Part shown: piece by piece, positions 1 to 11,235 of the stretch
Position numbering within the stretch: the first letter of the stretch is position 1
Layout of the letters: every line of letters starts with the position of its first letter
Assembly (NCBI GenBank): GCA_963749655.1
Contig: CAVVOB010000024.1
Coordinates: forward strand, 1-64,000
DNA from: Nitrospirota bacterium
GTDB lineage: Bacteria > Nitrospirota > UBA9217
Direction: 5' to 3'
DNA: 64,000 bases
The notes under the pieces: model-generated
Database searches by the model: none
What the model saw: the letters and a program-made list of their open reading frames with translations, nothing else
What the model was told of the DNA's origin: nothing
Program-made: the position numbers and the translations under genes

Positions 1-284
1 TCGCCGTCGTACAGGCCCATGACGCCTTCGATCACGGCAATGTCGGCGTCCGTTGCATGGCGCGTGAAACATTCGAGAACATACTCACTGCCGCACATCC
101 ACTGGTCGAGGTTCCTCGAAGGCCGGTCTGCGACGAGTCGGTGAAGGCCGGCGTCGATGAAATCGGGGCCGGTCTTGAAGGGCTGCACCTTGAAACCCTT
201 TTTCCCGAACGCAGCCATGAGTCCCAGCGTCACTGTTGTTTTGCCGCACCCGCTGTGGGTGCCTGCGATCACGAGGCCGCGCAT
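1..284 (-). CDS. cbiA: Cobyrinate a,c-diamide synthase, 5' part (runs off window edge)
   Basis: Manual translation [23 protein letters not shown]...[13 protein letters not shown]...NLD...[11 protein letters not shown]; overlaps the cobD stop. Confidence 0.93.
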   Translation of the reverse strand, partial: MRGLVIAGTHSGCGKTTVTLGLMAAFGKKGFKVQPFKTGPDFIDAGLHRLVADRPSRNLDQWMCGSEYVLECFTRHATDADIAVIEGVMGLYDG

Positions 285-1330
285 AGGGCTCCCATTTCCG
301 CGAGCAGTCTTGCGTTCTCGACAGGACCGCGCACTGCGACACGGAGATACGTACTGTCCAGTCCGTTGAACGAGGAACAGTCTCGCAGGAGTATCCCTTT
401 CCTCCGCAGGCGGGGCAAGGCCTCCGGTGCACGCTCGGTCCGGAGCAGGATATAATTTGCCGCAGGAGGAAGATGATCGATGCCCAGGGAACGAAATCCC
501 TGCGAGAGGAGCTCTTTCCCTTCCTGAATGATCTTCATGCTCTGCGCCTGAAATTCCCGGTCGTCTATTGCCGTTGTCGCGGCCAGCTGCGCCAGCGTGT
601 TGACGGTCCAGGGTTCCTTCTGTTTCCGCACGCTCTCAATCAGGTGTTTCGGCAGGACCGCATATCCGATCCGCAGACCCGAGAGCGCGTAGAATTTGGT
701 GAGCGACCTCAGCACGATCAGACAGGAGTTCCCGGCCACTTCCCGGACCACCGAGTGCTCCGGAGAAAAATCTATGAACGCCTCATCCACGATGAGGCAA
801 CAGGAATGCTTTTTCGCGGCTTTCACGATGGCAATGACCGACTCGCGGTCCAGGACCGTTCCGGTGGGATTGTTCGGGTTGCACAGGAACGCCAGATCGC
901 ATCCCGCCATGGCTTCGTCGAACCCGGCAGGATCTATTGCGAAGCCCTTCTCCCGGTGCAAAGGGAACGGGACACACTGTGTTCCCTCACGCATGCGGCA
1001 TGCCCGCTCGTACTCGGAAAAAGTCGGAACCGGGATCAGCACACGTCGGGGAGCGAGCGCCCGCACCAGAAGATAGATCAGTTCCGTGCTGCCGTTGCCG
1101 CAGAGAACCGATTGCGGATCGATATCAATATGCCCCGCAAGAAGGCGCGCAAGGCGGTCGGCAAAAGGATCGGGATAATGAACCAGCAGCGGGATCCCGT
1201 CCTTTATCGCCGCGACAACGGAAGCAGGCATGCCGAGAGGGTTGATGGAAGCGCTGAAATCGATGATCTCGTTGACCGGGATGCCTGTTTCCTCGGACGC
1301 GCTGTAAACGTCTCCGCCGTGTTCCCTCAT
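269..1330 (-). CDS. cobD: Threonine-phosphate decarboxylase
   Basis: HGG N-terminus, [40 protein letters not shown]; cob operon context. Confidence 0.92.
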   Translation of the reverse strand: MREHGGDVYSASEETGIPVNEIIDFSASINPLGMPASVVAAIKDGIPLLVHYPDPFADRLARLLAGHIDIDPQSVLCGNGSTELIYLLVRALAPRRVLIPVPTFSEYERACRMREGTQCVPFPLHREKGFAIDPAGFDEAMAGCDLAFLCNPNNPTGTVLDRESVIAIVKAAKKHSCCLIVDEAFIDFSPEHSVVREVAGNSCLIVLRSLTKFYALSGLRIGYAVLPKHLIESVRKQKEPWTVNTLAQLAATTAIDDREFQAQSMKIIQEGKELLSQGFRSLGIDHLPPAANYILLRTERAPEALPRLRRKGILLRDCSSFNGLDSTYLRVAVRGPVENARLLAEMGALCAAS

Positions 1331-2327
1331 AGGAGCCCCCGTACAGCGGCAACGCCGGCGGCCACACCTGCCGCGACCGCCGATGACAGCGCCACGAGGA
1401 CCAGCGCCCTCTGCGCTGCGGCGAGATAGTCCGTCCCTGCTTCCTGACCGATGAAGGGTTTGGCGCTCACCATCCCGCCGTAGGACGAAGGCCCGCCCAG
1501 ACGAACACCGAGCGCTCCCGCCATCGCAGCCTCGGACACTCCGCTGTTCGGGCTCGGGTGCTTCCTGCCGTCGCGCACCATGATCAGGAACGCGCTGCGC
1601 GCCGCATCGAGGGCTCCCCTGCTGTTCTGCGTCAGCGTGTACAGAAATGCCGAAGCAACGATGATGAGCCCTGACAACCGTGCCGGAACAAAGTTAGCCG
1701 CATCGTCCAGCCGCGCGGCAGCCCAACCGAAGTGGCGGTATCGGTCATTCTTATACCCGACCATGGAATCAAGCGTATTGACCGCCTTGTAAGCCAGCGC
1801 GAGCGGTAGACCGCCGATAGCGAGGTAGAGGAGCGGCGCAACCACTCCGTCGGACAGGTTCTCTGCGAGAGTTTCGATCGTGGCCTTGAGCACTCCCTGC
1901 TCGGACAGTTCCGCAGTGTCCCTGCCGACAATCATGCTTACGTGCTGTCGTCCCCCCTTGAGGTCTCCGTCTCTGACCGCAGCGATCACCCGGTGCGCGG
2001 AGCGGAGCAGTTCGCGTGACGCGATTGTTGTGGAAATAAAATATATCAGCGCCGCGGATCCAAGTCCTGCTGCAGCCGGATGAACCAGACCGCTCAAAAG
2101 CTCAGCAGTGAATGCTCCCGCGAGATAGGTCGATCCCACAATGCCGAATACGAGAACAACACCTGCCAGCCGTTCGCCTTCCGGAGAAGAACAGAGCCGC
2201 CGCAAAGCGCGTTCACCGGTGCTGATGGCCCTCCCGATAAGCCTGACCGGATGGGGCAGCCAGGCCGGATCGCCGATGAGCAGATCGACCATGAATGCCA
2301 GAAGCACCTGTGTAGCGCTGACCATGG

Positions 2328-2331
<4 letters not shown>
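1327..2331 (-). CDS. cbiB: Adenosylcobinamide-phosphate synthase
   Basis: GDPAWLPHPV, ETLAENLSDGVVAP, YKAVNTLDSMVGY, SPNSG motifs. Confidence 0.95.
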
Positions 2332-3885
<1,554 letters not shown>

Positions 3886-3896
3886 TGATTCCTTCC

Positions 3897-3933
3897 GCTC
3901 CCTGCGGAAGCAAAGATCACTTCCGCAGGGAGC
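3897..3933. other. Intercistronic 14-bp perfect hairpin between cobT and cbiP
   Basis: GCTCCCTGCGGAAG-N9-CTTCCGCAGGGAGC; no U tract, abuts the cbiP SD. Confidence 0.6.
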
Positions 3934-3969
3934 CGAGGGAAAACATCCTGCACCATTAGTACTGTGCAA

Positions 3970-5085
3970 TCAGTCCTGGGACTTTTCTGAAACTCCGGCC
4001 TCGCCGAAGGTGGCCATCTCGCGATAGATCTTGACGCCCGCCTCGATCATCTGCATCGCAAGCGCTGCGCCCGTTCCCTCTCCCAGCCGCAGGGAAAAAT
4101 CAAGGATCGGTGCGAGTCCCATCTTCCCCAGCATGGACCGCTGGCCCTGCTCGACGGAGAAATGGGCGGCAAACAGATAATCGACGACAGCCGGTTCGAT
4201 CTCGCAGGCGATCATCGCCCCGGCCGTCGAGATGAATCCATCGACGACAACGGGGACCCGTTCAGCAGCCGCGCCGAGGATAAGACCTGCAATGCCGCCT
4301 ATCTCGGCGCCGCCCACCTTGGCCAGGACGTCGATGGGGTCCTTCGGATCAGGGCGGTTCACGGCTATGCTCTCTTCAATGATCGCGATCTTCCGAAGCA
4401 GCGACTCATCGTTGATCCCCGTACCCCTGCCGGTAACATTCTTCACCGGCGTGTTCGTAAGCACTGCCGCGATAGCGCTCGACGGCGTCGTGTTGCCGAT
4501 CCCCATGTCGCCGGTGCCGAAGAGGGACGCCCCTTTTTTCGCATGATCCCGGGCGAGGTCGATCCCTACCTGCAGGCACTGCTCCGCCTCCTGCCTGGTC
4601 ATCGCCGGTCCTGTATGCATGTTTCTTGTGCCGCGGACGACCTTCCGGGACACGAGACCGGGTACTGCTCCGAAATCGTGGTCCACGCCGATATCGACGA
4701 CCACGACCTCGGCGCCCGCGTGACGCGCCAGGACATTGATCCCCGCCCCGCCGCGCAGAAAATTGAAGACCATCTGCGGTGTGACCTCTTTGGGATAGGC
4801 CGACACACCGTCGGCGGTGACGCCGTGGTCTCCCGCAAAGGTGAAGATCATCTTCCGGTCGATCGACGGCATGGTCTCTCCGGTGATCGCGACGATTCTG
4901 CGGGCGAACTCTTCAAGACGTCCGAGACTGCCCTGCGGTTTTGTAAGATTGTCCAGCCGTTTCTGCGCAATATCATAGAGAGATTTCTGGACAGGAGTTA
5001 TCAGGCTGCGGATGCCCTCTATCCCTGTAGCTGTCTTTCCATTGATTGTATCGACTGAAGGTTTCTTCCCTTGAGTTGTTTTCAT
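3970..5085 (-). CDS. cobT: Nicotinate-nucleotide--dimethylbenzimidazole phosphoribosyltransferase
   Basis: [37 protein letters not shown]; start taken at MKTTQ (see finding on the upstream in-frame ATG). Confidence 0.95.
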   Translation of the reverse strand: MKTTQGKKPSVDTINGKTATGIEGIRSLITPVQKSLYDIAQKRLDNLTKPQGSLGRLEEFARRIVAITGETMPSIDRKMIFTFAGDHGVTADGVSAYPKEVTPQMVFNFLRGGAGINVLARHAGAEVVVVDIGVDHDFGAVPGLVSRKVVRGTRNMHTGPAMTRQEAEQCLQVGIDLARDHAKKGASLFGTGDMGIGNTTPSSAIAAVLTNTPVKNVTGRGTGINDESLLRKIAIIEESIAVNRPDPKDPIDVLAKVGGAEIGGIAGLILGAAAERVPVVVDGFISTAGAMIACEIEPAVVDYLFAAHFSVEQGQRSMLGKMGLAPILDFSLRLGEGTGAALAMQMIEAGVKIYREMATFGEAGVSEKSQD

Positions 5086-5278
5086 CTGTTTTTTCCTCTT
5101 TCCGATTTTGAAGTAAGCGATGACCCTGCAGTGTGCGGCAGGAAGCTTCCCGATCCGGCCCGGAGACCGATCGACGATATGCCCTGTTTTTAAAGAAGGC
5201 ACCCAATTCCCGGAACAATAAAACGACTACAGACTAATACTGGACCTGATCATTTCATACTCCTTCCGCGAAAAAGAT

Positions 5279-5419
5279 GGGATAAGACGTCTCCTGGCTG
5301 AGGGCACCCTACTTGCCGGCCTTCCCGTTCCCTTGAGGACGGTGGCATGCTCGGCGTTCGTTCCCATCACAGTTGCGCGTCAGCAGGGGAATTGCACCCC
5401 TTTCCGTTTTCTTACCCCC
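5279..5419 (-). ncRNA. Cobalamin riboswitch 2 (translational type, covariant core)
   Basis: AAACGGAA-AGGGGTGCAATTCCCCT-GCTGACGCGCAACTGT...GCCACCG...CGGGAAGGC...AGCCAGGAGACGTC; a downstream hairpin holds the SD AAGGAG. Confidence 0.85.
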
Positions 5420-5460
5420 CGCACTTCCAGGCCCTGCGGGCCGCAAAAACAATGCGTTCA

Positions 5461-5497
5461 AAATAAAAAACCCCAGCTTCCGGAGGAAGACTGGGGA
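5461..5497 (-). terminator. Intrinsic terminator, expression platform of riboswitch 1
   Basis: CCCCAGTCTTCC-TCC-GGAAGCTGGGG followed by TTTTTTATTT. Confidence 0.85.
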
Positions 5498-5552
5498 TTA
5501 ACAAAACTCAATTAACCCACACATAATCTTAACGCCGAAGACTGTGCGAGAA

Positions 5553-5720
5553 CACATCCGGCAGGTCTTCTGGCTCTCCCACCTCTATCAGCCTTCCCAG
5601 CCCAGTTTTGCGCGGCCAGTGGCGTTATTTCGATAGAGGCTTTGGCCCCCTTTAGAGGGGCAGGATTACAGCGGCGGGTCCGCTCCCGATTCTCACGGGA
5701 TTCCCTTGCCTGGATGTTTT
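5553..5720 (-). ncRNA. Cobalamin riboswitch 1 (transcriptional type)
   Basis: AAGGGAATCCCGTGAGAATCGGGAGCGGACCCGCCGCTGT...GCCACTGG...CTGGGAAGGC...GAGCCAGAAGACCTGCC B12-box. Confidence 0.93.
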
Positions 5721-5735
5721 GCGTATGTAACGGTC

Positions 5736-5764
5736 GTTATAACACACTTGCCCTGCACAGTCAA
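5736..5764 (-). promoter_or_regulatory. sigma70-type promoter of the cob leader
   Basis: TTGACT-N17-TATAAC just upstream of riboswitch 1. Confidence 0.7.
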
Positions 5765-5967
5765 GAAGAGAGACTGTCGGTGTCGAACGAACTGCAGCGA
5801 CATTAACCTGACCCTGCGTTGTCGTGAACATATCGTCGCCGGAAAGTGCCCCGGGTATTCCCGACAATGGCGGTATGGGTTAAGCGGACCCGATCCCGGC
5901 CCATTATGAAACAAGTCGGCCGAAGTCACTGGCGAGCCAAAAGACGCCGATAAAGGCATTTTTTCAC

Positions 5968-5996
5968 TTGCATGAACCCTGGTCTTATGGTATCTT
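5968..5996 (+). promoter_or_regulatory. sigma70-type promoter of rpmB
   Basis: TTGCAT-N17-TATCTT with extended TG. Confidence 0.55.
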
Positions 5997-6044
5997 TACG
6001 GCTGCTTTGCTTTAATATTATCGTAATCTCAGGAGGGTTTTACT

Positions 6045-6239
6045 GTGGCAGGTACATGTCAAATCTGCGGAAAAGGCAAGCTCAGCGGCAACAAAGTGAG
6101 CCATTCGAACAACAAAACCAAGAAAATGTCCAAACCGAATCTGCAGCCCGTGAAAGCGGTCGGACCCCACGGGGCGCATGTCCGGATGCATGTTTGCACG
6201 CGCTGTATCCGTTCGGGCAAGGTCAAGAAAATCAGCTAA
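6045..6239 (+). CDS. rpmB: 50S ribosomal protein L28 (Cys-containing, Zn-binding type)
   Basis: CQICGK...[11 protein letters not shown]...PNLQ...[11 protein letters not shown]; SD AGGAGG, GTG start. Confidence 0.96.
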   Translation: MAGTCQICGKGKLSGNKVSHSNNKTKKMSKPNLQPVKAVGPHGAHVRMHVCTRCIRSGKVKKIS

Positions 6240-6262
6240 CGTCTCTATGTCGCGGAACAAAC

Positions 6263-6297
6263 CATCCCCGCTGGTCAAACCAGTGGGGATTTTTTAT
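6263..6297 (+). terminator. Intrinsic terminator after rpmB
   Basis: ATCCCCGCTGGT-CAA-ACCAGTGGGGAT followed by TTTTTATT. Confidence 0.85.
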
Positions 6298-6451
6298 TCC
6301 CCCTCCGCCTCCTTCGCGCAGAACTTCCCTCTTAACGGCTCCGGAGAAGCATATTCATACAATACCGGCCTCGTCCGCACATTCTGTAAAGGGGCATGAA
6401 TGATGCAGGATTCAACGCTTAATACACCAAATTTCAGACTATAGCAATGTA

Positions 6452-6498
6452 TCAAATTATAATTTGAAGTTGACACGTCCGTTACACTGTACTATTAT
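6452..6498 (+). promoter_or_regulatory. 16-bp perfect palindrome abutting a sigma70-type promoter for the beta-propeller gene
   Basis: TCAAATTATAATTTGA (6452-6467), TTGACA (6470-6475)-N17-TATTAT (6493-6498). Confidence 0.65.
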
Positions 6499-6679
6499 TC
6501 CGATACTAATAATAAAAAAGAGTTTTATTCAGTTCTCATCAGTTGCGGTTTCTGCTTATCATCGAAGAACAAAAAAAGGAGGTGGAGGAAAAAACAAAAC
6601 TTCTGATGAATCCGAATTCGAAACAACCTGTTTTACCTGAGCACCTGGGTGCTCGGCAATACACAAAGGGGAGGAACTA

Positions 6680-7765
6680 ATGAAAAAGATTGTTTTAATC
6701 AGCTTGGTAGTCGTAACTGTTTTCGGACTCTTCCTTGGCATGTCGTTCAGAGCATCAGTTGATGCGGCAGATGTGCAGGTTATCACCGCAAAAGTAGCGC
6801 CGGCTGCAAAAATACCCACCTTTAACGCTACAGCATACATCGCCGGCCACGGCGGACACCTGGCAATCATCGATATGAAAACCGAGAAGGCCCCGACCGA
6901 TGTAGAGAAGGACCGTATCGTTCTTTCCGAAGCCGGATCCGAGATGGAAGGCAAGATCGCCGGCATGAGCTTTGAGGAAGTGAAGAAGTCCGGCGGATCG
7001 CACGGCCAGGAACTCGTGACGGACAAAGGCAAAAAATTCCTCGTAGCCGGAACACTGGCAGGTAACGTTTACAAGATCGACCTCGCGACCATGAAAAAGG
7101 AAGGCCCCTTTAAAGTCGGCGAGAAGTTCTGCGGCGCCATCACCGGTCCTGACGGCAATATCTACTTCGAAGATATGGCGGACGGTCATGTTTATATATG
7201 GGATGCCAAGACCCTCAAGACGGTGGACAAGATGCCGGTCGGCAAGGCAGTCTGCGGCATTCAGTGGACCAAGAACGGCAAAAAAGCCTACATTTCCGAT
7301 ATGCCCATGGGCATCGTTTATGTGTATGACTGGACAACGAAAAAGGAAGTCAAACAGATCGGCAGCCCCGAGATGACGTTCCTCCACCAGATCAGGATGA
7401 CGCCTGACGGCAAAGAGCTCTGGGTCAGCGCACCGAACGAATTCGATCCGGGTCTCAAACCGGGCACTCACAAGAGCCAGGTCATTGTGATCGATACCAA
7501 AACAGACGCGATCTCGAAGCGCATCATCCTTCCGGACGACGTGAGACCGCATGATTTCGCATTCACCAAGGACGGGAAATATGCATTCCTCTCTTCACGG
7601 ACCTATGGAGACGACAGCACCCTGAACATCATGGACCTCAAGAACTACGACCTCGTGGGCAAAGTGTCGGCATGCGCCGGCTGCCACAAGGCTGCTGGTG
7701 TTGAAGTCAAGATCGACAAGGGCTCACCGCTTCTCTGCGGTATCACGATCGATTGGCATAAATAG
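6680..7765 (+). CDS. Exported YVTN/YncE-like beta-propeller with His/Cys at blade starts and a C-terminal CxxCH
   Basis: Signal peptide; blade repeats (TPDG/TKDG...VYxxD); SHG, FCG, VCG, LHQ, PHD, LCG; CAGCH; SD GGGGAGG. Confidence 0.8.
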   Translation: MKKIVLISLVVVTVFGLFLGMSFRASVDAADVQVITAKVAPAAKIPTFNATAYIAGHGGHLAIIDMKTEKAPTDVEKDRIVLSEAGSEMEGKIAGMSFEEVKKSGGSHGQELVTDKGKKFLVAGTLAGNVYKIDLATMKKEGPFKVGEKFCGAITGPDGNIYFEDMADGHVYIWDAKTLKTVDKMPVGKAVCGIQWTKNGKKAYISDMPMGIVYVYDWTTKKEVKQIGSPEMTFLHQIRMTPDGKELWVSAPNEFDPGLKPGTHKSQVIVIDTKTDAISKRIILPDDVRPHDFAFTKDGKYAFLSSRTYGDDSTLNIMDLKNYDLVGKVSACAGCHKAAGVEVKIDKGSPLLCGITIDWHK

Positions 7766-7780
7766 TCTGGTTCTTTTCTA

Positions 7781-7814
7781 CGGGGGGCGGGCTTACCGCC
7801 TCCCCCGTTTTTTT
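7781..7814 (+). terminator. Intrinsic terminator after the beta-propeller gene
   Basis: CGGGGGGCGG-GCTTA-CCGCCTCCCCCG followed by a T run. Confidence 0.85.
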
Positions 7815-7823
7815 GACTTACTA

Positions 7824-7853
7824 TTTACTTAGACTCCCCTCTTCTGGTATAAT
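7824..7853 (+). promoter_or_regulatory. Promoter for the ABC/NosL operon
   Basis: TTTACT-N18-TATAAT with extended TGG. Confidence 0.55.
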
Positions 7854-7893
7854 TCCTCAATAAATCCACTCTGAAGGAAAACCGTTTGCTCCT

Positions 7894-9091
7894 ATGAATA
7901 TTCCCTATGTTGCCCTGAGAAACCTCAAGAGAAAACTTACGAGAACATGGCTTTTATTTGCCATCGTGGCAGTGGTGTCCTGCACGCTGTTCTCGGCAAC
8001 GCTCTTCCTGAAGAGCATCAACAACGCACTCAAGATCGGCACCTACCGCCTCGGGGCCGATATTCTGGTGGTCCCTGAAAGCGCCGAAACCAAAGCGAAA
8101 TCAGCCCTGCTGTCGGGAGAGCCTACCCAGTTTCTGATGGATCGCTCCATCCTCGACCGGGTCAGAGCCGTCGAATGGGTGAAAAGCGCTACTCCGCAAT
8201 TGTTCGTAAAACCCACGAGTTTCACCTGCTGCTTCAATGTGGACGTGTTCCTGATCGCCTTTGATCCGGAAACCGATTTTACCGTAAAACCGTGGCTCGA
8301 AAAGAACCTCAACAGGAAACTCGAACTCGGCGAAATCATCACCGGCAGGTCCGTGCCCGTCATTGCTGGTGACAAAATTCCCTTTTTCGGCACGACCTTC
8401 ACCGTCGCCGGGACCATGGAACCAACGGGCATGGATTTCTTCGATCGGGCCGTTTTCATGAGCCTTGACTCTGCCTATAAGATGGCGGAGGATTCCCGGA
8501 AAAAAGCCCTCCAGTCGATCGATATCGGAAGGGACAAGATATCAACCGTTCTCGTTCAGGTGAGGGATGACATTTCCCCCGACCGCGTCGCTATCAGAGA
8601 TCGAGCATGATATCAGCGGAGTCAAAGCCCTGGTCTCAGACACGATCATTAATACTGTACGAAAACAGCTTTCCGGCCTCATCAAAGCCATACTTCTCAT
8701 CAGCATCATATTATGGTTCATCGTTCTTCTCATCATGGCCTTTGCGTTCTATATGATCGTGAACGAGCGGCGGCGGGAAATCGGACTGCTGCGCGCCATC
8801 GGCGCCAACAAGGGGCATATAGCTTCGATTATTCTCTTCGAGGCGACCATGCTTTCCCTCGCCGGCGGGGCCATCGGCACGCTGCTCGGCTATGCCATTC
8901 TGTTCAGCTTTAAGAATCTCATCCTCCATTATCTCAAGCTTCCGTATCTTTTTCCCGATGCCGTACAACTGTTTTGGATCACCGCGGGCGCCCTTTTCTT
9001 TTCTCTCGTGACCGGGTTACTTGCTGCAGTGCTCCCGTCGCTTGCTGTGCTGAAAGTTGAACCTTACGAAGCCATAAGGAGCGCTGAATGA
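7894..9091 (+). CDS. MacB/FtsX-type ABC permease with extracytoplasmic CC motif (apparent frameshift ~8597)
   Basis: RLGADILVVP, FTCCFNVD, FDPETDFT; second frame VNERRREIGLLRAIGA plus TM helices. Confidence 0.85.
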
Positions 9092-9684
9092 AACTAATCA
9101 TTGCCGCAACAATGGCAGCATTCATGCTTGCCGGATGCAGTAAGGAACAAAAGGCGGAAGTCCCTGCTCCCGCATCGGAAGGAAAAAATATCTTTGAAGA
9201 AGTCAAAGAGCAAACCGTAAAAAATCCGCAGGACGCTGCAGCCTGGTATCATCTCGCAGACTTGTATGAACGATCGCAACAGTACCGCGAAGAAATCGAT
9301 GCGCTGAACAAGGTCATCTCGATCACGCCCGCGAACGGCAACGCCTATGTCAAGCTGGGGAATGCCTGCAACCGGCTCACCCTGTACCCGGAAGCGGTAA
9401 AAAACTACAAAGCTGCGGTCAAGTATTTCCCGAAAAATCCGGTACTCTACAATAACCTTGCCGTATCCTACGGAAAGCTCGGCAAGACCGATGAAGAAAT
9501 AGCATCCCTTGAACAGGCAATTTCCCTGCGGCCGCGGTATTCAACCGCCCGTTTCAACCTCGGTATGGCCATGCTTAAAAAAGGAAGGACCGAGCTCGCC
9601 AGGAAACAATATCGGGAACTCCTAAAATTCGATGAAGGCGTCGCCCAATCTCTCAACAAGGAAATCAACGCAAAAAGGAGATGA
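9088..9684 (+). CDS. TPR-repeat lipoprotein
   Basis: Lipobox MLAGC; TPR units AWYHLA, AYVKLG, LYNNLA, ARFNLG. Confidence 0.85.
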   Translation: MKLIIAATMAAFMLAGCSKEQKAEVPAPASEGKNIFEEVKEQTVKNPQDAAAWYHLADLYERSQQYREEIDALNKVISITPANGNAYVKLGNACNRLTLYPEAVKNYKAAVKYFPKNPVLYNNLAVSYGKLGKTDEEIASLEQAISLRPRYSTARFNLGMAMLKKGRTELARKQYRELLKFDEGVAQSLNKEINAKRR

Positions 9685-10094
9685 CAATGAACAGAACCGC
9701 ACGTTTCCTGCTGACCCTTTCACTAGTGATCATGATATCATTTCCCCTCTTTGCCCTGGCTGAAAACCCGCGGTGCGCGGAATGCGGCATGATGGTTGAC
9801 ATGCAGTCCAGATTTGCCGCTAGAATAGCTCAGGAAGGTTCAACTCTCTCCTTTTGTGATATCGGCGACCTGCTCTCCTACCTGAAACGTAAAGGCCCGC
9901 AGCAGCCCGGTGCGGAGGTCCAGGACTACATCAGCGGAAAATGGATGGACGCCCGCAAGGCTCTGTACGTCCAGGCGGAAAAGAAATTCAGGACGCCTAT
10001 GGGTTGGGGTGTAGCCGCCTTTGAGGACAGAACCAAGGCGCTGGAAAATGGCGCTGCAATGGATTTTGACGCAATGATAAAGGCACTGAAATGA
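9681..10094 (+). CDS. nosL: NosL-family copper chaperone
   Basis: CAECGM, FCDIGDL, WMDARKALYV, TPMGWGVAAF; signal peptide. Confidence 0.88.
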   Translation: MTMNRTARFLLTLSLVIMISFPLFALAENPRCAECGMMVDMQSRFAARIAQEGSTLSFCDIGDLLSYLKRKGPQQPGAEVQDYISGKWMDARKALYVQAEKKFRTPMGWGVAAFEDRTKALENGAAMDFDAMIKALK

Positions 10095-10498
10095 CAAAGC
10101 TTGTTGCCCTGACGGCGCTGGTAAGCGGCCTTCTGTTGATCACCGTACCGCGGTACATCCTGCCTGCCTGCGAATACGAAGGATACTCCCCCATGCACTG
10201 TTCGGATACCGCCCGTGCGGAATATATCGCAGGAGCTGTTCTCATAATCATCAGTGGAGCCGCTTTTGTTTTCAGGGAAAAACGCATGCCTCAGCTGATT
10301 AGCGCCGTGGCTGCCTGCGTCGTTTACGGTATTGCCTTCTGGCTCCCGGATAAGTTCGGCTACTGTCACAGCACGCGGATGCCCTGCAACTACGGCATGG
10401 TGCCGGGCGTCAGGTTCATCGCGGTTGCCGGCACGCTGCTTATGGGCGGCGCCATCATCGGGTTGTGGAAAACATCGGGAAAGAAAGGAACTGCATGA
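10091..10498 (+). CDS. Small Cys-containing membrane protein (DUF4418-like)
   Basis: Four hydrophobic segments with PAC...PMHC...GYC...MPC pattern. Confidence 0.65.
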   Translation: MTKLVALTALVSGLLLITVPRYILPACEYEGYSPMHCSDTARAEYIAGAVLIIISGAAFVFREKRMPQLISAVAACVVYGIAFWLPDKFGYCHSTRMPCNYGMVPGVRFIAVAGTLLMGGAIIGLWKTSGKKGTA

Positions 10499-11157
10499 TA
10501 GAATTACGAGGGCTTTCAAAATCCTATCCCTTATCGGGAACAAGCATAAAGGCCGTGCACCCGGTCGATTTGACCATCAAGCAGGGTGAATTCATTTCGA
10601 TCGTCGGGCATTCAGGAAGCGGAAAAAGTACGCTTCTCAGCCTTATCGGCGGCATTGCGCGGCCTGATACAGGAACAGTAAGCGTCAACGGCTCCGATAT
10701 CTGGCATTACAACGACAGGACTTTGTCCAAACTCAGGAACGAGCTGTACGGGTTCGTGTATCAGTTTTCAAGTCTTATTCCTACCCTTTCCGCCACGGAG
10801 AATGTTCTTCTCCCGACCGTATTTGGAGGCTCCAAAACGCATGGCGACGCGGTTCAGTTGTTGCAGCTGGTGGGGCTTGGAGACAAAAAGGACCGTTACC
10901 CGTCGGAATTGAGCGGCGGTGAACAGCAGCGGGTAGCCATTGCGAGGGCATTCATTAACGCCCCCCAGATCATCCTGGCCGATGAGCCCACCGGTGATCT
11001 CGATGAGGAAACAGAAGCCGAAATTATGTCGTTTTTTGAAAAGATCAACAAAGAAAAAAACGTCACCATGATCATGGTAACCCACAGTTCCGACCTGGCC
11101 CTTCGCGCCGCGCGAAGGCTCCGCATGAAACAGGGTGTCCTGGCAGAGTTGAACTGA
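10495..11157 (+). CDS. LolD/MacB-type ABC ATP-binding protein
   Basis: GHSGSGKST, LSGGEQQRVAIARA, ADEPTGDLD. Confidence 0.93.
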   Translation: MIELRGLSKSYPLSGTSIKAVHPVDLTIKQGEFISIVGHSGSGKSTLLSLIGGIARPDTGTVSVNGSDIWHYNDRTLSKLRNELYGFVYQFSSLIPTLSATENVLLPTVFGGSKTHGDAVQLLQLVGLGDKKDRYPSELSGGEQQRVAIARAFINAPQIILADEPTGDLDEETEAEIMSFFEKINKEKNVTMIMVTHSSDLALRAARRLRMKQGVLAELN

Positions 11158-11194
11158 CCGGTCCGACACACATTGTCCCGACGTCCCCATTTAC

Positions 11195-11233
11195 AAAAAA
11201 AGCGACGACCTCTTCAGGCCGTCGCTTTTTTTT
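11195..11233. terminator. Bidirectional terminator between the ABC operon and the cytochrome bc operon
   Basis: A7-GCGACGACC...GGCCGTCGC-T8. Confidence 0.85.
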
Positions 11234-11235
11234 AA

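Noticed and set aside
6606-6680. 24-codon ORF (MNPNSKQ...) whose TAA overlaps the propeller ATG
   Set aside because: Poorly spaced SD and no informative sequence; such short ORFs arise by chance
6680-7765. Calling the propeller NosZ or NirS
   Set aside because: Too short, six blades, no CuA cupredoxin domain and no N-terminal cytochrome c domain; no nosD or heme d1 genes
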